Positions 9,680 to 18,847 of a stretch of 32,010 nucleotides of DNA are shown here, piece by piece (within the stretch, counting starts at the first letter, position 1; each line of letters opens with the position of its first letter). Origin of the DNA: Folioceros fuciformis (lineage: Eukaryota). A model generated the notes under the pieces. It was not told where the DNA came from and ran no database searches. It saw nothing but the letters and a program-made list of their open reading frames with translations. The DNA is taken from NCBI GenBank assembly GCA_049999805.1, contig JBNGIO010002906.1, positions 1 through 32,010 of the forward strand, read 5' to 3'. The position numbers and the translations under genes were made by a program.

Positions 9680-11578
9680 TTAGTTCTTCTCTTCACTCTC
9701 AATCTCTGGGAGAACATAGACAAAATATTCACCAGGTGGGAAGGCGGGGAATTGCTAGAGCAAAAGAAGCATACCACAGTGGGCATTAGCAAAAAAGGGA
9801 AGGGAAAGAGGAGGCCCTTGGATGACTCGAAGCTAGTTGACTTAGGATATGTGAAGCCAAAGGATATGCTAGCCAAGCCTTGGAAGTCTTTCCAAGGCAT
9901 ACCTCCAGAACAATGTAGAAAACAGATATTGATTACGACAACGGAAAAGGTGTTGGCAGGCATTATTGACTTGATGGGTATGGCTGATGACATAATGTTG
10001 CATAAGAAATTTCACTTCATTCAAGTTGCGATAGCGAAGCATCTAGGGTGCAAGTTGTTTGAGGAAGTACGGGCAGAGTATCCAAAGCACTCCATGGACA
10101 ACATGTTGGCAAGGTTTCAGACCCAATTCGCTGGAAAGGTGAGCAATTTCATTCATGCTTAATGATAGATTTGGTGGGCAGAGGGTGCATTGGGTTGAGG
10201 GCGTCGACTGGCCGGTGCCCTCAACCAGGTGCACCCTCTACCCAGGTTGTGTGTGGCAGGGCAGTGGGGTAAGGGTGCCTATTGGCCGGCAACTTGAGCC
10301 TATCCTTTCGAATTTCTAATCGGGCACTAGCGTAAGGGCTTTGCATTCATGCTGTCGTTTGTTGATAATGTGCAACAACTTAAAGATGTGGATAACTCGT
10401 CACGCCTGCCGGAAGCTTTCCAACAATTCATTTTTGAAGTTAACAACTGGAAGGGTCTGGAGGAAGAGCAGCGGGTTCTCGCAGACAAGGATTTACAGGA
10501 AGGAATGTTCAACTTCGCAATCCCTGGAGCAAATACTCAAGTACAAAATGAGGTGGTGAGTAGGAGTGTTATGGAGATGAAAGGATTTCTCTGACCAAGG
10601 AAATACTCCCTCCTCGTTATGGATGTCCCAAGAGGCTATGACATGGGCCCTATGGACAAGCGTTTAGATGAGCCCATGATAAGCACAATGTTGGAAAGTT
10701 TTGTTGAGAAGACAACTTGTGATGAATATCGGTTGGTTGTTATGCATGGAGTGGAGGGTGCGCATGCAATTAGGCATGCCCTTCGGAAATGGGGTCGGGC
10801 TGAAGGCATGATCTCCTTTGTTTGGGACACGGCGAACATGTCCAATGACAAGGGCGGATAAGAGACTGAGGAGTACATCACAATGGCTTGGGGTGCAAAA
10901 GAGGGCAGTGGAAAAGATAGTGTTCATGCTTCCTAGAGTATCCCGTCCACCATTCAACAGAGGAGATTTGTCATACCCCATGACTCGGTTGTGAAGAAGT
11001 AGATCTACTTGACGCACAATAAATGTGTGGTATGCCTGCATCATTGACCACTGGGTCTTATGATGAAACTTGTGCTTGCATTCTCCGAGGGAGGAGATTG
11101 GATCGTGGATGCTTGCTTTGGTAGTGGGACAATAACACTGGCAAGGCTGCTGTCGGGCAGGAATTGCATCGCAGTTGAGGTGGACTTGTGTTGCTCGGCT
11201 TACATACCTCAACGAATCAATGGCCACAAGGTTCTTCTTGATGCGGAAGAGAAACTAATGTTTGATGTGCATCGCAGGGGCCCGTTGCAATTTTGGACAA
11301 GAGAAATTTGCATCAACGATACGAATAGCTTGAAAGCGCAAGTTGTGCCTTTCAACCGACAAAGCACTCAACACCCTATCAGTTCGTCTGAGGAAGGAGG
11401 TCAAATGACGTAGGAGGTGGTTTGGCCAACACTGCAAGCTCGCGATAAGGCCAAGGAAGATGGTGATTTTGTGGATAAGGAGTTGGAAGAGATTGACAAC
11501 TTCGACGCAAACGACCAACAAAGGCTTGCAAGAGTTACTGCAATGTATGACTCCGTGTCTGCGAATGAGGGTCATTAG
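9680..11578 (+). pseudogene. Beta-class N4-cytosine/N6-adenine DNA methyltransferase-like gene; predicted exons ~9680-10138 and 10331-11578, with six internal stops and no frameshift
   Basis: One frame runs 10331-11578: YSLLVMDVPRG (motif IV position, 10622-10633), ..FVWD..EEYITMAW.., then H*PLGLMMKLVLAFSEGGDWIVDACFGSGT..LARLLSGRNCIAVEVD (motif X/I/II, 11042-11185). Predicted phase-0 intron 10139-10330 (AAG|GTGAGC ... CTAAT ... TAG|). The 5' end is uncertain. Confidence 0.75.
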
Positions 11579-11867
11579 AGTTTATTAGTTTAAGTGTTTT
11601 TGTGCTGATCGAGCCCAGCGTAGATGCAACTATTGAACAATTAAGGAGTAAGGGGTGCCGGTCAGCCGATGCACTCACCATCAGTCGGTGTTATGCATGA
11701 TTAATTAGTGGAAAACTGAGAAAGATTGGTGTGCCCAAGGTGGTGACCCTTTGCACATAATACTATGTAGCTCATTTTGGGAGGGTTAAGATCTAGGACA
11801 TCAAACTTCAGGGCATGTACAAGTGTCCTTCATTATTCAGCCCCTTGCTGCTTTGTGGTGCTCTCTG

Positions 11868-12066
11868 TTGGCGTGCAGGTGTGCACCATGACCACGCTCG
11901 TGCACACTTGTGTGCGCCATGACGGCATTGGCGCTCACAAGTGCCTCAATTAAATAGCTAGCAGGCATTTTAAGCACATAATGGTAAAAAAAAATCCAAA
12001 AAATTAGCAAAAAAACCCAAAAAATCCCGTTTTTTAGGCAATGGCGCACGCAAGTGTGTGCCATGG
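11868..12066. repeat. Cluster of related palindromic motifs (ATGGCGCACACAAGTGTG-like) in both orientations, probably TE subterminal repeats
   Basis: 11898-11920 and 12041-12064 are near reverse complements. Partial copies lie at about 11868-11889 and 11928-11943, and A-tracts lie between the last two copies. Confidence 0.55.
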
Positions 12067-12262
12067 CTTCAAGGGTTTGTAGGTTTTTTTCCCTATTTTT
12101 ACTACTTTTTTGGATTTTATTATGTACCGTACACTAGTTGCACGTAATAGTACTATTTGCTCCTCCTTGCTCAGTTTTTGCCCAGCACACTTAGAGGTAA
12201 TCCTGTATGCATAATAATAATCTAGCTCCCCATCTTCTTCTGAGAATTCTTTCCATTACTCT

Positions 12263-12574
12263 CTAATACTCATGTTTGGATAGTCTCCCTTGTTTGCCCA
12301 AACTCACATTGTCAAAGTGTACATGTCGAGGTGTATTATAAGGTTGCACTTTCAATCCAGTAGGAGTCATTGTCTTCAATCTGACCTTCACCCAATCCTT
12401 CTGAGCTTGCTCCTCTTCTGTCTTAAGTGCATCAATGTCAGTAGCTAGATGCTTGCAGATCATCCTATGGAGAGTCCACTGGCGGCAAGAGTACTTGGTG
12501 GCATGGATCCATTCCCTACCACAATGTATACATTCAACTCCCCTTGTTGCCATCTTAGTGGAGAGTTCCATCAA
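12263..12574 (-). pseudogene. BED zinc-finger-like fragment, possible hAT transposase N-terminus
   Basis: VECIHCGREW..ATK..R..LH...CKH pattern. No transposase core was recognised downstream. Confidence 0.4.
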
Positions 12575-13069
12575 CAGACAACAGTGCCTACAGTCTAGTA
12601 GCTAGATGCCTAGCATGATGACTACGAACTAGGCCAATAGTAGGGCAGTAGCGAGATTGTACAATCCCAAGGGGGGATGGTGAGGCGTCATGGTTTTTAA
12701 TCAAAGAAACTAGACCGCAACTACAACTGAAGCCTTATAGGATTGTAAGCGTAGCAAGCACGAGGAACAGATGTGGCAAGACTTGTCATATTTGCATTCA
12801 AACCCAACTTCACAAGGAACCCGTTTGAGGGTTTAAAGCTTAATTCATGCTTTGCCTATTTCCGATATTCCCCTTTATGCTGATTATTTCAAAGAAGAGG
12901 GTGTACATGAATTAATAGTACAATAAACTTAGGTTGCATACTTAACTATAGTTTCATAATCAATTACAATAGATATTTCAACTCTTGTATATATCATAGT
13001 TTTTCGTTTAATGAAAATAACCACTTTTCTTTTCTCTCGCCGGTTGCTCGTGTGCTTGTGGTCGTTCCC

Positions 13070-13715
13070 CCGCTCACCTTCCCTCGTGTTACATCGTCCA
13101 TGCTTAGAGGCTTTGACGAAAGGAGGAAGGTTTTGACCTACAAGAAGCTTCTCCACATTGATGCCAAAAGCAACGAACATTCTCTGGTGTCTAGCAAAGG
13201 CTTGTCAGCCATAATGTTTTTTATCAACCTCTGTCTCTAGGGAACCGCTTGGGTTTGTTTTAAGTGCTAGTTTAACAAGCTTTTCTAAGGATATCCTGCT
13301 AGATCGGCTGCCTTTAGAACCCATTGTGCATGTAGAATCTTCATTTTACTCATAGGATCCACCAAACCTAGACTACCCAACTGCTTGTATTGGATAATAT
13401 GTTGCCATGCCACCTTATGAGAAAAGGAGACCAGCTCCCTGGACTGACTCCACAAGAAGTTAGTCATAATCTGTTGCAACCTCCTTAAGTCCACCTTATC
13501 AGGAGCCCACAGGAAGAGATAATACCACAGAGAAGCAATCAAAATGTGGTTTATCACCACAATCCTGCCTGCAAGATTAAGGTCCAGTAGTCGTAAGTCG
13601 TTGACTTTCCGGATAAATTGGAGGTAAAGATATTTTCCAATCTCTTCATTCTCATCCTCTTCTTGAAATGGCACACCCAAATACTTGTGAGGGGTAGGCT
13701 CCATAAGTTTCCGAA
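13070..13715 (-). mobile_element. Non-LTR (LINE, L1/Tx1-like) ORF2 fragment, C-terminal to the RT core
   Basis: KYLGVPF..LNLAGRIVVINHIL..LWYY..NFLWS..KVAWQHII..KQLGSLGLVD..LHAQWVLK in ORF 13285-13758. Boundaries are approximate. Confidence 0.85.
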
Positions 13716-13734
13716 CAAGTGAAAGCGTGGGCAC

Positions 13735-15055
13735 TACGTGATTTAACGTCATGAGCACCTTAATGAGATGCTTGCATGTGTGACCTTATGCAACCTAAGA
13801 GCACATACAACATGGCCAATTGCTATTGAGACAGCAGTTGGCCATGTCTAATATAGTATATTAGACACCACATATGTTGTGCTTGCACTAACCTTGCTGC
13901 CCCCAAGAACATACACATTTTGTCCATTGGTGTTGGTAAAGCCACAAAGTTCTTTGGGATCTTAGTGGCCTTGGCCACATCATGTTCTATTACATGTTCC
14001 AATTTACTATTTTGCACAGACCCTTGTTTCTTACACTGTTGTTGGTGTAAAAAATGAACGTCCACCTCATCCACCAAGACATGTCGAAGCCAATCAACCC
14101 ACCTACCTCGAAGAAGTTGCTTGGTGAAGGAAGCTCTTACTTTAAGATGCAAATGGCAAGCTCTGATAGAACTATTGCAATCTTGGCTTGCATGTGGCAC
14201 TGATCAAAGTGCTTTCAACCACATGTGCATGACGTTCCCCCACTATTACTTGATGTACTTGGAAAACGGTGGAAACAAGGGCTCATATTCCGCATAAAGG
14301 GCTGCTAATTTCACCTTGGCTGCCTCCTTGGATATGAATGGTGATCCTCTAAGATACATGTTGTCACCTAGTTTTTGCATGATGTTTGCTCTCGTTTCTA
14401 TGTTCTTCACTTTTTGCAACAAGTTTCTCAGCCATGCACGCAAGACATTCCACATATATGGAAAACCCAACGTGCTGTCACTAAACATATATTTGATAGC
14501 ATTAATCTCTGCTTCAAAATCATCAAATAGGAAAGCATTTGATTACTAAGCTGGGTCCACTGTGGGTGCATAGTTGCGGAGCACTTTGAGCCATTTTGCC
14601 ATAATCAGGCCGTAAACTTCTTTTAAGAGTACCCAAGATACTAGAATGCCGTTCATAAAATTGTTAAACACCAACAAACTTACCTACTGAAAATGCCACT
14701 TGTTTAGTCCAAAAGTGGCAGAATGACATAATTATGGCCCCACTTGACCATCATCCAAAGCATGAATGGTGTTTGCACTCCGAGGACAAAGGTGGCTGGA
14801 GCATGGCTGGAGCAAAGTTAGGCATACAAAGGTTTTCAGGATAGAAAATCAAGTTCTTGTTGACATCCATCCAAAGTCAAACACTCTCCGTATCATTGGT
14901 GTGGAGTTGGTAAGAATGAGAGGCAACATGAGCCTGCATATTTTGAACATCTTTTGAAGTGAGAAAAATATCTCAGGTGAATTTATATCTTGTGTTCCTA
15001 TGACATTTTCCATGAACTTCCTCCTCATAGTCCACCATAATCTGGTGTTTTGGCA
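13735..15055 (-). pseudogene. Mutator-like (MULE) transposase with C-terminal SWIM zinc finger, heavily degenerate
   Basis: Minus-strand fragments in order: DIFLTSKDVQNM..YQLHTND..LWMD..IFY; TFGLNK..LLVFN..ILVSWVL; DDFEAEINAI..F..MWNVLRAWLRNL; HASQDCNSSI..H..LK..RGRWVDWL; C-x-C..GHTCKHLIKV (SWIM). A possible further N-terminal piece lies at about 15720-15840. Confidence 0.75.
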
Positions 15056-16188
15056 CTTGGCATAGTAGATTGTGCTGCAGCTAGCATCTCTTCTCAATGG
15101 AGAGAGCAGGGGCTAGCCTTCTAGGGTGAGCTTCAAGTCCTGTCATGAGCTCTCCATGGCAAAATTCATTAGCAACATCAGTATGATAACTATGTTGAAG
15201 TCTCAATTCCACAATGTCAGGCCTTAGCAGCAACCGAGTAACTACAAATTGAAACTAGCCCCCCTCTTTTTACTAATCTTAGGATGCCTACTACCTGGTC
15301 CAGTTTTTGGCCTTACATCCAGAGCAATAAAAGACCGTGCTGATGTAGCTTCTCCTTGACGGTTTGCTAGCCTGTATTAGCAGTCATAGGTAGCATGTCG
15401 CTGCCTTGAGTAGGTTTAGCATTGTACTTCCTCTGCTCCTTCGCAACCTAATGATGCATCCTACAAAATGAGGTAGGGAAGGAAGAATTTGCTTGCTCAC
15501 CAGCAAAAAAATTAGGAACCTGGTCACCTGGAATATAAGCATGCTTCACTTCTGATAGGGAAAGCTTTCCTTGATGAACACCAATCAGCTAGATCAAATC
15601 TTCCTTGAAAATCGTGCCTGGCTTAGGATTTTGCAAGACAACATAGCATTTTGCACTTGAAATGTGTTAGTAGAATCCGCCATTGTGAATCCACTTGCAC
15701 AATGTTGCGAACATGGATTGGGCAAGACACCTTTAGACATAGCCGTGCAACCAAGACTTCACATGATCAGACATTTGAACGATCACGCTACCATCCTTAA
15801 GTCTACCAGTCGTGCAAAGTGGAATCACGTCGGCTTTAATAGCTTGTAATGGAGCTTATTCCTCATAATGATAGGACTTTGCCGCACATTCATCACGCTC
15901 AAAGTAAGTGCCTGTGTTGCTGAGCACGGTGCCGGATAATGAAATAGGCGGTGTTGCTCGTCGCGAACAGAGAGCGCTTCATTAGGAAGGGAGAGAAGCT
16001 TGATCGGTGTGTTCCAACGGCAGTCAAATCGCACATGTGGTATGGGCTCGTTAAACTTCGGCGACATGGTATGTCTGTATCAGCATTCCATAACTGCGAC
16101 CATACAAATAGGTAACGTTGAAGTTGAAGTAGACACATTTTTCCCCAATGTATAAACGATTTGACAACACCATTGTTCAATTGTGGAT

Positions 16189-16280
16189 ATAGTTTTACTC
16201 AATCCAAAGGAACATTGATAATATGAAGTTTTAACAATAGTTTTACTCAGTCCAAAGGAACATTGATAATATGTAGTTTT
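16189..16280. repeat. Tandem duplication, 48-bp period, 2 copies
   Basis: ATAGTTTTACTCARTCCAAAGGAACATTGATAATATGWAGTTTT starts at 16189 and again at 16237. Confidence 0.9.
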
Positions 16281-16400
16281 GTTAAAAAGACACAGCTTCA
16301 TGCCAGTTTTTCTGTTTACCAAAGGACAGTCTCTTAACACTAAAGAAGGGGGTCTCCACTCCCACCCTAAGACTATTTCCCGATTGTGGCCACAGCCCGC

Positions 16401-16481
16401 ATATCAACCGACCCCAGGCCGAACATGAACCGGCCCCACATCGCACATGAACCGGCCCCGGCCAGTACATGAACCGGGCCC
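16401..16481. repeat. Tandem repeat, 22-bp period, 4 copies of an ACATGAACCGGCCCC core
   Basis: Cores at 16401 (degenerate), 16423, 16445 and 16467. Confidence 0.85.
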
Positions 16482-16612
16482 AGCCCGCAGCTCAAACGGC
16501 TCCGCAATGGCGGTGACCAATCCGTATTTCGTGCTGCACGGGACCAAAGGCTTGCATTGTACGAGGTCGGTGTTGTTCTGTGCATTTGGATCGAGCGCTA
16601 AATTACCACTCA

Positions 16613-18268
16613 TCATTCCCACTCAACAGTTGCAGGGGGCTTGGAGGTGATGTCATAAACAATGCGGTTGATGCCTCTCACTTTGTTGCAGATTTCTGAA
16701 GAGACCTGCGCCAAAAATTTGGATTCAAAATGGAACCAATTGGCGGTCATCCCATCCTCGCTGGTGATCGCCCTCAGCGCCACGGCGTTGGAGAGCGTCC
16801 TCCGGTCTCCTTGCACTCCCACCGTCTTCACAGGCAGGAACACGGCAAATGCCTGCCATATTTGATCATACAGCCCGGCCTCCTTTATGCAGTTGATGAA
16901 AATCTCATCAGCATCGCGAAGCATCTCCAGCGCACCTCCAGCAGTCACGTCTCCCAAGATGCGCACCGCCAGGCCCGGTCCCGGAAACGGGTGGCGTTTG
17001 AGGAAGTTCTCCGGAACATTCAGCAGCGCTCCCAGCTTTCGAACCTCATCCTTGAACAACAACTTCAGGGGCTCCACCAGCTTCAGCTTCATATCTTTGG
17101 GCAGACCCCCCACATTGTGATGACTCTTGATGGTATGGGAGTGCATCTTCCCGCTGCCCGGCGGCGGGCACGACTCTATCACATCCGGGTAAAGAGTCCC
17201 CTGTACCAGATACCTCGGCTTCCTCCCAACTTTCAATTCCAAAGCCGACGAGAATTCGTCGAACACCGCAATGAACTCGGCGCCGATGATCTTCCGCTTC
17301 CTCTCCGGATCCGTCACTCCCGCCAGCTTGCTCAAAAACTGGTGGCTTGCGTCCACGCAGGTAACCGGGAGATGGAGGTCGGCCTGGAACGTTCCCATCA
17401 CCCGCTCCTGCTCCTTGTACCTCAGCAGCCCGTTGTCCACAAACACACAGTGCAGCCGATCTCCCAGAGCCCTGTGCGTGAGCGTGGCCGCCACGGTGGA
17501 ATCCACACCCCCCGACAAGGCGCAGATTGCGTGATCCTCCGGACCCACGCTTTCCCTGATCAACGATATCTGCTCCTGCAACACATCCTCCAGCTTCCAG
17601 TCCGCCTCCACTCCACAGACCTCCAGTAGCAGGTACCGCAGCGTCTCCAACCCCCGCTCACTATGGCTCACCTCGGGGTGGTACTGCAGCCCGAAGATAT
17701 CTCGCTCCGCATGCTCGATCGCCGCAACCCCGCCCTGCAAACTCCTGGCCACAACCCTAAAACCTGCGGGCAGCTTCACAGCCTCGTCCCCATGGCTCAT
17801 CCACACCTCTTGCCGTCCCCCGCTCTCCACCCTCCCGTACAGCCTCGACCCCTGCTCCGGCACGATGGTCATCGGCCCGTACTCCTGGCTCTTCCCCTGG
17901 CGCACCTCGCCTCCCAGCTCCCTCACGATCAGCTGCAGCCCGTAGCAAATCCCGAGCACAGCCACCCCCTGCTCCGCCGTGTACTCAAAAAACCCCTCCG
18001 GCACCGTCGGCGCCCCATCCTCGTGCACCGAATGAGGCCCCCCCGACAGCACGATCACCCCCGGCGCGTATGACTTGATCACATCCAACGAATTGCCCGC
18101 CGCGATGCAGAACGAGCAGATCGCCAGCTCCCGGATCCGCCTGGTGATGAGATGAGTGTACTGGGACCCGAAGTCTATCACCACGACCGTGTTCCCCCCG
18201 TGCTTCCGCGCTTCTTCCTGTGGCTGCGGGTTGACGGCCGGCAGCGATTCCAGCCCGTTCGCCGCCAT
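16613..18268 (-). CDS. GMPS: GMP synthase (glutamine-hydrolysing), single-exon CDS, 551 aa from the first ATG
   Basis: IDFGSQYT, LSGGP, LGICYG (catalytic Cys), WMSHGD, QYHPEV, ALSGGVDS PP-loop, IKSHHNVGG, RHPFPGPGL and C-terminal YDITSKPPATVEWE. The ORF track starts at GTG 18313; the first ATG is at 18268. Confidence 0.97.
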   Translation of the reverse strand: MAANGLESLPAVNPQPQEEARKHGGNTVVVIDFGSQYTHLITRRIRELAICSFCIAAGNSLDVIKSYAPGVIVLSGGPHSVHEDGAPTVPEGFFEYTAEQGVAVLGICYGLQLIVRELGGEVRQGKSQEYGPMTIVPEQGSRLYGRVESGGRQEVWMSHGDEAVKLPAGFRVVARSLQGGVAAIEHAERDIFGLQYHPEVSHSERGLETLRYLLLEVCGVEADWKLEDVLQEQISLIRESVGPEDHAICALSGGVDSTVAATLTHRALGDRLHCVFVDNGLLRYKEQERVMGTFQADLHLPVTCVDASHQFLSKLAGVTDPERKRKIIGAEFIAVFDEFSSALELKVGRKPRYLVQGTLYPDVIESCPPPGSGKMHSHTIKSHHNVGGLPKDMKLKLVEPLKLLFKDEVRKLGALLNVPENFLKRHPFPGPGLAVRILGDVTAGGALEMLRDADEIFINCIKEAGLYDQIWQAFAVFLPVKTVGVQGDRRTLSNAVALRAITSEDGMTANWFHFESKFLAQVSSEICNKVRGINRIVYDITSKPPATVEWE

Positions 18269-18847
18269 AACTGGAGCTCCACAGCGAGCTCCGAGTCCGG
18301 CTTTCTTCCCCACCTTTTACACGACTCGAGTCCACTTACGGCCCGACGACGGATTTCGAAGACGGGGACCATACCGGGAGCCCTCAACCCTAATCGTGGT
18401 TGACATGCCGGGGGTTAGCCTAACCTCCGAGGCAGGTTATGGGGATTGCCTTAGAAGCAGGCAGTGAAGTTGGCAGTGTGGTGCTTGCCTTGGCTGCCCA
18501 GGCAGTGGGGTGCAGTGCGGTGCGGAGAGCCAGGAGCAGCGCTGCTGGCTCCAAAGGGCTGCTGATCAGAGCGAGCGGAGCGTGGGGCGGAGTGGCGCGG
18601 ATCCGGCGGAAGGGAGCTCGGCGCTGTCAGGGACGCGATCGGACCATGCCGATGTGGAGGGATGGAATCTGAGAAATCGCGGGATCGCGTGGGCGTGATC
18701 TCGGCGCTGCGGGCCCGCTGCTGCGGGCCTTTGGGATCTGTAGGCCTGCTGGCGCACTGGAGTGTTGTGCCAGGGGGGTGATCCGTGTGCGGAGTGGTCT
18801 GGTGAGGGGATCGAGGGAGAGGGAGCGGGAGCTCTGCGGCGGGCGCC
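18269..18847. promoter_or_regulatory. GC/CpG-rich divergent promoter and 5' UTR region shared by GMPS and AP-1 gamma
   Basis: Head-to-head ATGs about 580 bp apart, with a telo-box-like AACCCTAAT at 18386-18394. Confidence 0.55.

Noticed and set aside
16401-16481. Regularly spaced repeats as a CRISPR-like array
   Set aside because: The 15-bp cores have 7-bp spacers, the context is eukaryotic and there are no cas genes; this is an ordinary minisatellite.
16613-18268. Bacterial guaA by contamination or recent horizontal transfer (intronless, GC-rich)
   Set aside because: The sequence has plant-like features (IESCPPPGSGK.HSHTIKSHHN) and sits head-to-head with a strictly eukaryotic adaptin gene.
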